Of a stretch of 64,000 nt of DNA, positions 12,921-24,645 are shown one piece after another. The notes under the pieces are model-generated. The model did no database searches and was not told the DNA's origin. It saw only the letters and a program-made list of their open reading frames with translations. The first letter of the stretch is position 1. Each line of letters starts with the position of its first letter. The stretch lies in the NCBI GenBank assembly GCA_002104945.1, contig MCFH01000052.1:336664-400663 (forward strand), read 5' to 3'. Origin of the DNA: Piromyces finnis finn. Its lineage: Eukaryota > Fungi > Neocallimastigomycota. Position numbers and translations under genes: made by a program.

Positions 12921-13996
12921 TGATGCGTTGACCGATATATTTTTGAATAATATAATATTTTTAATAAATAATAAATTCTAATATTTATGATGAAACAATA
13001 AATTTAAAATAAAATAAAATATGTTTTATAATTAACAAATAAATCACTCAAAAACTCGAAAATAAACTCTTTTTATTATGTTTAAATTATCTCTTTATTA
13101 TATTTATAATTTATTTATTGTCTATTTATTGTCCCCCCTTTATAAAGAAGAATTTTATCTTCCTTTTATACATTTTCATTTATTACATGTATTATTATTT
13201 TTAACTATTAAATGTTATTATTACTATTGTTATTATTTATTAAAATTAAAAGAATAAATTAAAATTATGTCTTAGTATTATAAAATATTATAGAATATTA
13301 CTTATTTGATTTTCTTATTACTTCAAAATGTTTAAATTTAGAAAAATTATTATAAATTATCATTGACTATCATTAAATGTATAATACCTTGAATAAAATA
13401 ATTAAAATTTAAAATTAAAATAATATTAAAATAAAATTAAAATGAAATTAAAATATTAAAAGTATCAATTATTATAAACACTCATTTTATACAGAAACAT
13501 AAAAGAGTTCTGTATTTTATCTTTGAAATTGTTATTATTGTTCTATTTCCAGGCTTTAAATTAATCACTTTTAGTAATAATTACTCAGTTATTTATTTGT
13601 TAATTTATATATATAAGTTTGAAAGAATTTCTAAAGAACACTTGGATAAAACACTAGAATTAATAATTTAATGTATATCATTTTATTTTTTTAGTTTATT
13701 TATTCATTTTTATTTACTTATTATTATTTTATTATTTTAATACATTTTTGGATTGAGTTGTTTTATTTTATTTAATAATTTATTTTATTATTATCTCTAT
13801 TAAGTCGTTTTTATTCATAATTTATTATTTAATAAAGAGAATACTATTTATTTAAAAGAAAGGGTTATATTTCCATAAAATTATTATTTATTCATTTTTA
13901 AGGGTTATTATCTTTTATTTTTATTATAAGTCGCTATGGGTTAAGTCGTGTTTATTCGGCTAGTTTTTATTACGTTTTTATGTGAGTAGCGTATCA
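12921..13996 (-). repeat. Element B 3' LTR
   Basis: Direct repeat of 21613-22688. Confidence 0.95.
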
Positions 13997-14008
13997 AGAT
14001 CCCCCCAC

Positions 14009-17000
14009 TTAAGTTTGGACTTCGTCCCTGGAAGTCTCATTGTGCCAAGTATGATAATGAACTAAATTCTTTTGATGAACATTTCTTTCAGCTATTGCAC
14101 CACTAATAGGGTCACATAATGTAGCAGTATTAAATTCCATTTTAATAATACGGAAAGGTCCCATGAAAAATGGATCTAACTTTCTTCTTGAAAAATTTCT
14201 AACAAGTACTAAATCACCAGCTGAGAATGCAGTATTCATTGAAGCTTTTTGTTTTCTTCTATTTTCCCATAATTTATTAGCATTCTGAATATTTTTGGTA
14301 ACTTCAATAATCCATTCCCAATGTGTAGTAAATTTATTTATTAAATATTCTTCTGGAGTTTCGTATTCATTTTTATTATTATATTCTATCATAAGTTCAA
14401 ATGGTTGAAGGTCAGTACGACCATATAATAATTCAAAACTAGAAAATTTTGTTACTTCATTTTTACAAGTACGTAGAGCCCATAGAGCAGATGGTAGAAC
14501 TTCGTCCCATTCTTTATTTGAGTTTCCTAGTAGTCGAATATTTTTAACAATTTCTCTATTACGATTTTCTACTTGCCCATTTGTTTCTGGATGATAAGTG
14601 CTAGAATATTGAACATATATACCATATAAATCAAGGAAGCCTTTAGTAGCATCAGAAGTAAATTGTGGACCATTATCAGTAATTAATATTTCCGGAGTAC
14701 CATGTCTAGAAAATACATTTGTAAGAAATTTTATAACATCCGTAGATTCAATTGACTTTAGTGGTTCAGCTTCAACCCATTTGGTAAAATAGTCTACAAG
14801 TACTATTATATATTTATTATTATTTTTAGTTATTGGTAGTGGTCCAATAATATCTAAACCAACTCTAGTGAATGGTAGACCTGGTTTTGTAGCAAATGAT
14901 TCAGTACCACTATTAATAGGTTGAGGTCTCTTTAATTGACAATCATGGCAAGTTTTTACAAGTAGTTCTACATCTTTAGACATATTTTTCCAATAATAAT
15001 TTTTCTTTAATCGGTTATAAGTTTTATAAAATCCTTCATGACCTATTGAATGTGCAGCTAATAGTAATTCTATTTTCTCTTCTTTATCTTCGACAACTTT
15101 TCTGATATTGTCACCATCTTTATAGTACTTTATTCCATTTATTAAGATAATTTTCTTTTTAAGAAAGTCTTTAATTTTATTACTTCCTGGATATTCATTA
15201 GAATTATTTTCACTGGTGGTACCAATAGATGTATCAGTTACTTCAGTTACAAGTACAGCTTCTAAGTCAGTATCATTATCTAATACTTCTTCTTTTTCAT
15301 TTTCAAATGAAACGGAGGATATTTTTATTTTATTTTCTATATTAAAATAATTATTTTTATCAATATTAAAAATATTAGATGGTTCAAATGAATGAATTTT
15401 ATTAAGATTATTATTATTGTGGATGTTAGAATTATAATAGTTAGTTGTAGTATTTTCATTTAATTTAGGAAAATCATTTTTATTTATATCTATTTTATTA
15501 TTTAAGTAGCAAGTGTTATTTAAGTCATTGATATCACTATTCATTACTTCATTATAAACAATATCATTATTATATTCAGATAATTCATTTATTTCATTAT
15601 TTTTAAAATAATTATTATTCTTGCTTTTATCAATATCATTTTTAAAATTTATATTTATATTTTTACTCCCATGTGAATTATTATTAGTAGAGATATAATT
15701 ATTTAAATCAACATTATTAAGTTTAGAATATTTAATTGAATTTACACTTTCATTAACACAAGAATTTTTATTAAGGTCAATATTTTTATCAATATAAGGA
15801 TTAATATTGTTATTTTTATTTATTTCATTATCATTAATACATGAATTATTAAAATTACAAGAATAAACTATATTTTCATTATTTTTAGAGTAAAAATCTT
15901 TATTTGAATTTAAAATATTATTTTTAGTAGTTTCACCATCATTATTATTAAAGGTAGCTAGTGAAATTTTTATATCATTTTTATTGTCTGGTATTAGTCT
16001 AGATAATGCATCAGCGACTACATTTTTCTTTCCTTGTTCATATTTGACTTTTACCTTGAGCATACTAAGTGTAGTAACCCAGCGTGTTTGACGAGCATTA
16101 TTTGGTTCTTTATTATTAAATAAGCCAACTAAAGGTTTATGGTCAGTATATAATATCGTTTCTTCTTTATTCCCACTTATATAAGATTTAAATTTCTTAC
16201 AACAATAAAAAGCTGCGGTTCCTTCTAAGTCAGTTATACTATAATTAATTTCACTATCATTTAAAGACCTACTAACATAATGAATTGGATGTTCAACATT
16301 ATTTTCATCTTTTTGAAGTAATACACCACCAATACCATTAAGTGATGCATCAGTTCTTATAATAAAATATTTATCATAGTCAGGATATTTTAAAATAGGA
16401 GACTTAATCAGTCTTTCTTTTAGTATTTGGAAACTTTGTTCAGTTTCAGATGTCCATTCAAATTTCATACCCTTTTTTAATAATTTAAATAATGGATGAG
16501 CAATTTGGGCAAAATCTTTTATAAACTTCCTGTAATATCCTATAGCTCCTAAAAATGATCTTAGCTGTGTAAGGTTTGTTGGTGACTTCCAATTTTTAAT
16601 AGTTTCAATTTTCTTTTCAACTGGTTTGACACCTTCTACTGATAGAATATGACCAAGGACCTCTACTTCTTGTTTTAAGAAATGACATTTAGAAAGATTT
16701 GCTTTTATACCATTTTCTTTTATTATATTAAAAACCTTTTGAAGATCTAATGTATGTTGTTCAAGACTTGGAGAAAATATTAAAAGGTCATCCATATAAA
16801 CAAATAAACATTTTCCAATAAGTGGTAGAAATATACGGTTCATTTCTCTTTGAAAGGTTGCTGGAGCATTACATAAACCAAAAGGCATTACTTTGTAATT
16901 ATAATTTCCAAATATTGTTGTAAAACATGTTTTATCAATATCTTCTTTCTTCATTGGTATTTGATGAAAACCAGAGAATAAATCCAATGTAGATAAATAT

Positions 17001-18721
17001 TTTACATTATTACCAATAGAAAATAATATTTCTTCAATATATGGAAGTGGATATGAATCTTTTATTGTTATAGAATTTAATTTTCTATAATCTACACACA
17101 TCCTCCATTTTCCATTCTTTTTTGGTACTAATAAAACTGGAGAAGACCAAGATGATTGTGATGGTTCTATTAAATCATTCTTTAAAAGCTTTCCTATTTC
17201 TTCTTTTAGAATTTCCATATGTTCTTTATTAGAAATACGATACATTTTCTGTTTAATAGGATCATCTTGATTTAATTTAATTTCATGAGCTAATAATTTT
17301 GATTTACCCAAATCATCAGTATCATTAGCTAGAACATCTATATTAGTTATTAAAAGATTCTTCAGTTGGTCTTTTGCTTCTTTTTGTGTTTCATCAACTA
17401 TTTTATTAATAAGTTGTAATTTAGAATCACTAGTAGTTTTAATTTCTAAATCTTGATATTTATCATTCTGACTAGTTAAGTAATATATTAATGCATCTTG
17501 ATTAATTTCTTCATCAAATTCTTCTATTAAGTTAGTTTGATTCATTTCATTAATACTTTCAAAAGATCCAATTTTGTGAATATCATCAGTTTTCTGATAT
17601 AAAGTATGATCAGAAAAGTCCATAATTAATTTCATATTAGCTAAAGTTTCTACACCAATTAAGACCTGGAATATATCTTCTTTTTCAATAAGTCTAAATA
17701 TTTCTTTAGATGTTATATTACCAATAGTAATTTCAATTTCATATAGATGCGACTCAATAGTAGTATTGGAATAAGCTTGATATAAAGTTTCTCTAATTTT
17801 TGAAACTGGTTTTAATGGAATATTATTTTCTAATAAGAATTTTCTAGTAATCATATTTATAGATGAACAGGAATCCAAATATACAGTAGTTTCTATTCCT
17901 TCTATTTTGCATTTTGATTTCACAACTTTATCTTTTCTTATGGTGGAAAGAATTGTAGATTCATCCTCAATAATTTTAGTAAATTTTAATGCTTTTGAAA
18001 GTTCTGTTTTTAATTTAGGACTAATTTCAAGTAGTTGACCTATTGTTATATTTGCAAATTTTTCTCCTATATCTTTAGTTATATTATATTTTTCTTGATC
18101 TGCTGATATAACTAATCTTTTTGTACCTTTTTCATTTGGTACATCTTTTTCTTTTTGACTTGGAAGTTCAATCTCTTTTGCTAATTCTATTATTTCCTTT
18201 TCTCGTTCTTTTTTATTATTTCGTTTAGCTTTATCTATAGTGGGTTGATTAATGAATGAAGGATCTAATTGTTTTAATGCTTCTGTTGAATTAGTGTTAT
18301 TATTAATATTATTATCATTAATGTTATTATCTATTTTATTACTTTCATTATTATTTATATTAGTGTCATTATTCATACTCATATTATTATTAATATTATT
18401 ATTATAATTATTATTAAGATTATTATTATTATTATTATTTTCATTTTCAATTACAGTCTCCATTTCTACTTCATTATTTGGAACTTCAATTATATCTTCA
18501 TAAGTATTATTTAATGGTTCTCTAGTCTCATTACTTGGAACTCTAATTGGTTGTGGATTGTCACTTAATTTTTCTTTGGTAGTTCTTTTATATGGTTTAA
18601 TATCAGTATTCTTTTTAGCTTTTCTTATTACTGGAATAGTAATTTCTTCATTTACTGGTACTGATATTGTAGCAAAAGTAGTATTGGTTTGATTTATGGG
18701 AGTATTCCTTCTCCCACTCAT
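14009..18721 (-). CDS. pol: Pol (PR-RT-RH-IN) of element B
   Basis: YLDSCSS protease, YMDD RT, RTDAS RNase H, HHCC zinc finger, DDE core, GPF motif; long Asn-rich insert between RH and IN. Confidence 0.95.
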   Translation of the reverse strand: MSGRRNTPINQTNTTFATISVPVNEEITIPVIRKAKKNTDIKPYKRTTKEKLSDNPQPIRVPSNETREPLNNTYEDIIEVPNNEVEMETVIENENNNNNNNLNNNYNNNINNNMSMNNDTNINNNESNKIDNNINDNNINNNTNSTEALKQLDPSFINQPTIDKAKRNNKKEREKEIIELAKEIELPSQKEKDVPNEKGTKRLVISADQEKYNITKDIGEKFANITIGQLLEISPKLKTELSKALKFTKIIEDESTILSTIRKDKVVKSKCKIEGIETTVYLDSCSSINMITRKFLLENNIPLKPVSKIRETLYQAYSNTTIESHLYEIEITIGNITSKEIFRLIEKEDIFQVLIGVETLANMKLIMDFSDHTLYQKTDDIHKIGSFESINEMNQTNLIEEFDEEINQDALIYYLTSQNDKYQDLEIKTTSDSKLQLINKIVDETQKEAKDQLKNLLITNIDVLANDTDDLGKSKLLAHEIKLNQDDPIKQKMYRISNKEHMEILKEEIGKLLKNDLIEPSQSSWSSPVLLVPKKNGKWRMCVDYRKLNSITIKDSYPLPYIEEILFSIGNNVKYLSTLDLFSGFHQIPMKKEDIDKTCFTTIFGNYNYKVMPFGLCNAPATFQREMNRIFLPLIGKCLFVYMDDLLIFSPSLEQHTLDLQKVFNIIKENGIKANLSKCHFLKQEVEVLGHILSVEGVKPVEKKIETIKNWKSPTNLTQLRSFLGAIGYYRKFIKDFAQIAHPLFKLLKKGMKFEWTSETEQSFQILKERLIKSPILKYPDYDKYFIIRTDASLNGIGGVLLQKDENNVEHPIHYVSRSLNDSEINYSITDLEGTAAFYCCKKFKSYISGNKEETILYTDHKPLVGLFNNKEPNNARQTRWVTTLSMLKVKVKYEQGKKNVVADALSRLIPDNKNDIKISLATFNNNDGETTKNNILNSNKDFYSKNNENIVYSCNFNNSCINDNEINKNNNINPYIDKNIDLNKNSCVNESVNSIKYSKLNNVDLNNYISTNNNSHGSKNININFKNDIDKSKNNNYFKNNEINELSEYNNDIVYNEVMNSDINDLNNTCYLNNKIDINKNDFPKLNENTTTNYYNSNIHNNNNLNKIHSFEPSNIFNIDKNNYFNIENKIKISSVSFENEKEEVLDNDTDLEAVLVTEVTDTSIGTTSENNSNEYPGSNKIKDFLKKKIILINGIKYYKDGDNIRKVVEDKEEKIELLLAAHSIGHEGFYKTYNRLKKNYYWKNMSKDVELLVKTCHDCQLKRPQPINSGTESFATKPGLPFTRVGLDIIGPLPITKNNNKYIIVLVDYFTKWVEAEPLKSIESTDVIKFLTNVFSRHGTPEILITDNGPQFTSDATKGFLDLYGIYVQYSSTYHPETNGQVENRNREIVKNIRLLGNSNKEWDEVLPSALWALRTCKNEVTKFSSFELLYGRTDLQPFELMIEYNNKNEYETPEEYLINKFTTHWEWIIEVTKNIQNANKLWENRRKQKASMNTAFSAGDLVLVRNFSRRKLDPFFMGPFRIIKMEFNTATLCDPISGAIAERNVHQKNLVHYHTWHNETSRDEVQT

Positions 18722-19941
18722 AAGTTTAAATGATTTTGATTAGAGTTTATAAGGCCTTGTTTTTCCATTTCTGCAAGTTCTTGGAATGTATATTTGCAAT
18801 CTTGCATTTTGTGGCCTACTTGTTGACATCTAAAACATTTATTTCTTTGAGACTGGTTAAACATATTCACTTGACTTTGAGATGTAGTTTGATTAACTTT
18901 ATTAGTAGTAGTATTCATTTTATTAGCATTAACATTATTAGAATAATTAGTGGAATTTTGATATGATTTATTTTCTTCCATATTGGAATAATTATTGTTA
19001 TTAAATGTACTAGAATTATAAGGGTATTTACTATAACCATTATTATATGCATTTTGATCACCTTGATAGTTGTTATAATTATTGTTATAATTATTATTAT
19101 AATTGTTACTATAACTATTATTTTTAGTATTGAAATTATTTGGGTAATTATTTCTGTAATTATTTCTCTTATTAAAACGTTGATTTCTCATATTATAGTT
19201 TCCATTGAATCGCATATTATAATTATTATAATTATTATTATTATCATAATTATTATTATAGTTATTATTGTAGTATCCATTATAAGTATATGGACTATCA
19301 TTATTATTAAAATAATTATAATTAGTTCCACCACTATGTTGAGTAAATAGATTATAATTTTGGTTTTGATATGGATCAAAGTAAGGTTGGTTATCAGTAA
19401 ACATATTTACATTATGATACTGAGGAACTTCAGTTGCTGATTCAGCTAATTCGGCAACCTTAAAAGCGGCTTCTATATCTTTAGGTTGGGCAGTGATTAC
19501 TTGAGTTCTGATAAAAGGACGAGAAATAATGGAATTAGTATAATCCTTAACAGTAACGAATAGTTGGGATCCAACATTAAGATTTTTATATAAGTTTCCG
19601 TATCTCCAGTTGAAATCCTTAATACTTTCTCCTCTTCTAATTTTTAGAGACTTAACATTGAAGCATTTTTCTTGAGGCGTGATTTCTAAGTATTCTTCAA
19701 TAGCCTCTTTAATATCTTCGATACTAGGATAATTTGTTCCAGTATCACTTTCTGTTTTTAAGTCATCAATGATTCCTTTTAATCTACCTTGGACACATTC
19801 CTTTGCCCAAGCGAATATCTTTTTGGGATCATTGATGTCAGATAGGTCCATAACTCTGCTGAATTCTTCAGCCCAGCTTTCGATATCCCTATCTTGACTA
19901 CCAATTCTAGGTAGCATTTTAGTGATTTCACTGATCTTCAT
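18718..19941 (-). CDS. gag: Gag with CCHC zinc knuckle (element B)
   Basis: CFRCQQVGHKMQDC knuckle near the C-terminus; upstream of pol. Confidence 0.92.
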   Translation of the reverse strand: MKISEITKMLPRIGSQDRDIESWAEEFSRVMDLSDINDPKKIFAWAKECVQGRLKGIIDDLKTESDTGTNYPSIEDIKEAIEEYLEITPQEKCFNVKSLKIRRGESIKDFNWRYGNLYKNLNVGSQLFVTVKDYTNSIISRPFIRTQVITAQPKDIEAAFKVAELAESATEVPQYHNVNMFTDNQPYFDPYQNQNYNLFTQHSGGTNYNYFNNNDSPYTYNGYYNNNYNNNYDNNNNYNNYNMRFNGNYNMRNQRFNKRNNYRNNYPNNFNTKNNSYSNNYNNNYNNNYNNYQGDQNAYNNGYSKYPYNSSTFNNNNYSNMEENKSYQNSTNYSNNVNANKMNTTTNKVNQTTSQSQVNMFNQSQRNKCFRCQQVGHKMQDCKYTFQELAEMEKQGLINSNQNHLNL

Positions 19942-20175
19942 TTTTGTATATATAAATTTCTTATAAGGTAAAATAATTAAAATAAAAGAATAATTTAATT
20001 TGAAATAAATGATAATAAAGAAAATAATTGGAATTTATATATTATATATATATATATGTGTTTTGAACTTTAATAATATAATAATATTAATAATATTTAT
20101 AAAATTAAAAATGAAAAGAATTGAATATATAAATAATTGATAAATTGATAAAGTATAAAATAATATAAAATTTAT

Positions 20176-20212
<37 letters not shown>

Positions 20213-21420
20213 AAAAAAAATTAAAGAAAATTATTTAGAAATTGAGAAGTATATTAAAGAAAAATAAAAGAATAAAAAATAAGTAATACAACAGAAATCT
20301 ATATATATATTGTATAAATTATATATATTATATGGATTATATAAATTATAAAAATTATATAAATAATGAAATTTAATATTGAATGAGATCAGATCGGAGA
20401 AGTATTTTATAGAAAGTATATTATATTATTATTATTAGTCAGGAATAATAGAAGCTTTACGGAATAATATCTAATTATAAATTTAAATGCAATTTATTAA
20501 CTCTCAATTTTAAATGATCAAGGAAGAATGAAAGAATAATTTTTTTTTTTTTTTTTTTTTTTTTGCAATTAGGAATTTATAAGAATATGTATATTTTTTT
20601 TTTATTTAATTTAATTATAATAGTTTATATATATTGTTACAATTATTTATTTATTTTTAGGCACCCGAGGCACAGTGACTATAAAGACTTTCGGATCCCT
20701 ACTAAACCCCCACCTTTAAATGATAAATTTTCACTTCCAAAGTTCTGCTCCTTACTCAGGATTTTCAGCCGAACTTGCTACTCTCTTACTTGAGAATCAA
20801 ATAAAGGCTGTCTAGTATACCTACTCCCTCTTGCTGAGTGTGTACCCGCCTTACTCTCTAAATAATAATTGCTTTAATTATTGCTATATTTCGAACTCAG
20901 TCTATTATATAACAACAACCAATATATACTTACTATTTTTTTTTTGTTATAATTTAAATTAAAAAATTTTTAGTCAATAATTAAGAATATTGAAATAAAT
21001 TATTCGCTTAATATGTAGGTAGCCTTAAGCTAAGAAGTTTTTCATTCAACAGCCGCCTCTACGAATAAGCACTGGTGAATTAATTTATTCTCTTAATTAA
21101 GAAATAAAAATTGTATATTTAATTCAAATTATGATCTTATTATTAACTGCTGAGAAGGATTAACTTTTTTCCTAGTTTTTACTATCACACTGATCCCCTG
21201 GATAGATCAGAAATATAACAAACTAACTGAATGGATTAAGTTATCCTTATTAATAATAAGAACGGTAACGATTATAGGAATTATAGAAATTTTCTTCCTT
21301 GTGTAACGTATATGACTAACTATTAATCACTTAATCTTTAATTTCTTAAATACCCTTTTTAGAAATATTAAAATTTTTATAATTTTAAAATTATATATAT
21401 TTCCTTTTATATATATAATT

Positions 21421-21472
<52 letters not shown>

Positions 21473-21587
21473 AGAAGAATATATAATAAAATTAAATTAA
21501 GTGTAAACTGTTTTTTTATAAACGCTTAATATCTTAGAATTTATTAGTATTATTATTAATATTATTCTTTTTCATATCTTTGGTCAC

Positions 21588-21604
21588 GCCCGGATTCTCC
21601 ACCA
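21588..21604 (-). promoter_or_regulatory. Primer-binding site, tRNA-Ala-type (element B)
   Basis: TGGTGGAGAATCCGGGC on the minus strand, 8 nt from the LTR end. Confidence 0.75.
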
Positions 21605-21612
21605 AAATTTTA

Positions 21613-22688
21613 TGATGCGTTGACCGATATATTTTTGAATAATATAATATTTTTAATAAATAATAAATTCTAATATTTATGATGAAACAATAAATTTAAA
21701 ATAAAATAAAATATGTTTTATAATTAACAAATAAATCACTCAAAAACTCGAAAATAAACTCTTTTTATTATGTTTAAATTATCTCTTTATTATATTTATA
21801 ATTTATTTATTGTCTATTTATTGTCCGCCCTTTATAAAGAAGAATTTTATCTTCCTTTTATACATTTTCATTTATTACATGTATTATTATTTTTAACTAT
21901 TAAATGTTATTATTACTATTGTTATTATTTATTAAAATTAAAAGAATAAATTAAAATTATGTCTTAGTATTATAAAATATTATAGAATATTACTTATTTG
22001 ATTTTCTTATTACTTCAAAATGTTTAAATTTAGAAAAATTATTATAAATTATCATTGACTATCATTAAATGTATAATACCTTGAATAAAATAATTAAAAT
22101 TTAAAATTAAAATAATATTAAAATAAAATTAAAATGAAATTAAAATATTAAAAGTATCAATTATTATAAACACTCATTTTATACAGAAACATAAAAGAGT
22201 TCTGTATTTTATCTTTGAAATTGTTATTATTGTTCTATTTCCAGGCTTTAAATTAATCACTTTTAGTAATAATTACTCAGTTATTTATTTGTTAATTTAT
22301 ATATATAAGTTTGAAAGAATTTCTAAAGAACACTTGGATAAAACACTAGAATTAATAATTTAATGTATATCATTTTATTTTTTTAGTTTATTTATTCATT
22401 TTTATTTACTTATTATTATTTTATTATTTTAATACATTTTTGGATTGAGTTGTTTTATTTTATTTAATAATTTATTTTATTATTATCTCTATTAAGTCGT
22501 TTTTATTCATAATTTATTATTTAATAAAGAGAATACTATTTATTTAAAAGAAAGGGTTATATTTCCATAAAATTATTATTTATTCATTTTTAAGGGTTAT
22601 TATCTTTTATTTTTATTATAAGTCGCTATGGGTTAAGTCGTGTTTATTCGGCTAGTTTTTATTACGTTTTTATGTGAGTAGCGTATCA
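21613..22688 (-). repeat. Element B 5' LTR
   Basis: TGATACG...CGCATCA on the minus strand. Confidence 0.95.
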
Positions 22689-22704
22689 CAACGAATATGA
22701 AGAA

Positions 22705-22776
22705 AGCAGCGTAGCGCAGTGGAAGCGTGGTGGGCTCATAACCCACAGGTCGTATGATCGAAACATACCGCTGCTA
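22705..22776 (+). tRNA. tRNA-Met initiator (CAT)
   Basis: 72-nt cloverleaf, A1:U72, GGG/CCC anticodon stem around CTCATAA, initiator-type T-loop GATCGAAA. Confidence 0.95.
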
Positions 22777-23342
22777 AAATGAACTTTTAAAATTAGTTTT
22801 GTTTTTTTACTTTTGGGAAAAGTTAATAAAAAGAACGTATTTATCTCTCCATGACTATAACTAATTATAAAATTATATATTTCTTAATTTTCATAATTTC
22901 CTTATTTTATATATCATTTGAAATTGTTTCTAACAAAGGGTTATCTATATACTATAATAAAAAATAATTTCAAAATTTTATTTACTTTTTGGTTATAAAC
23001 AGTACATTTCTTTACAACAATATGTATACATTATTTACTTTTCTTCATAAAATACATTTTAATTTTTTTTAATTTTTTTTTCATATCAACAAAATTGCTT
23101 TATTTAGTGGATTTATCAAACAAATTTTTTCTAATTAAAAAAAAAATTAATAAAATATTTTATAAATATAAAAAAAAAAGAATATAATAAATGGTTTCAA
23201 TTTATAATAAAGATTGAAAAAAAAGGTTGAAAGAATAATAAAAATTATTATTCAGTAATAAAAATCAATTAAATATTTAATTATTTTTTTATAATAATAA
23301 ATATAATAATAACAAATAGTTAATAATTAGAGTAGTAGTAAC

Positions 23343-23373
<31 letters not shown>

Positions 23374-24275
23374 TATTTTTAGAAATTAAGTAGATATATA
23401 AATTTATTTCTTTTTTATACAAGTTTATTCCTTTTTCCTTTTTTTAATAATTATCTTATTATTAAATTTATTAATACTACTTTTATTCTATTTAAAAGTT
23501 ATTAATAATTATTCATACAACTTTTGATTTAAATCTCTTAATGGAATTGTATATTTAATAAATACTAAAAGATAAAAAAACTAATTAATTTTTCTTAATG
23601 AAGGTTCTTGTCCCCCTACGTATTATCAATTTATCACAAAAAAAAGTGTTAAATTAATGACTATTTCATTTATTGTGATTATGATTCATCAATGAAGTAT
23701 TAAGATAAATTACAATAGTAGATTACATCGTTTTAGTATAATAAATTGTATCGTACTTTTTATTAATTGTATACTTAATACTAGATATAGTCATGTGACA
23801 CTATATAATATATATCAAAAAAAAAACATTCATTTCTATAATGTTTTAATTATGATAAAGAAAGGTTTTCTTTTTTTTTTTCTAAAAAAGATAACATTAT
23901 GAGAATAATAATAAAAATAATAGAAGTCATATCTTGATAATGTTAAATATAAAGTGAAATATTTAATTTTTAATATTATTTTTATCATTACCACTCTAAT
24001 AATGTATATATAAATTTTATAATTATACATTATTATAAATAGCAGATTTCAATACAATAAGTTGAATAAAATTGTATAGAATAGCAAATAAAATTAATCT
24101 GGACTCAATAAAAACACTATTTTTATTGCTAATCTTTCCCCAAGACGAACAATTCATCATTTATTGATGAAAACCCTAATATATTTACATATCAAGAGTT
24201 ATTTTTTTCTTTTTTTTTTTTAATTTTTATTATTGTGTTATTTATTTTTTCGTTAAAATATACTCTTCTTTAAAG

Positions 24276-24645
24276 AAAATATATGGATAATTAAAATATT
24301 AATATTTTATTATTGTGTTGTTATTATATCATTCTTATTGAATTTCCATAATAAAACTTTTTTTGTTTTAATTCAATATACATCACCATCACACGAATAA
24401 TATTTCATGTGATTAACATGACTGGGTTTCATTCTATAAAGTTTAGCTTTTAAGTATAATAAAATATATGGATAATTAAAATATTAATATTTTATTATTG
24501 TGTTGTTATTATATCATTCTTATTAAATTTCCATAATAAAACTTTTTTTGTTTTAATTCAATATACATCACCATCACACGAATAATATTTCATGTGATTA
24601 ACATGACTGGGTTTCATTCTATAAAGTTTAGCTTTTAAGTATAAT
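24276..24645. repeat. Tandem duplication, 2 x 185 bp
   Basis: 24276-24460 repeated at 24461-24645 with about one mismatch. Confidence 0.9.

Larger units (their letters stand above)
12921..22688 (-). mobile_element. Full-length Ty3/gypsy element B (no chromodomain), 16 bp upstream of tRNA-iMet
   Basis: 1076-bp LTRs 12921-13996 and 21613-22688 (one mismatch noticed); 4-bp TSD CAAC; PPT AAGTGGGGGG; tRNA-Ala-type PBS; intact gag and pol. Confidence 0.95.

Noticed and set aside
18730-19379. Small ORFs overlapping element B gag (78, 98 and 63 aa)
   Set aside because: Antisense or off-frame shadows of Asn-rich AAT codons.
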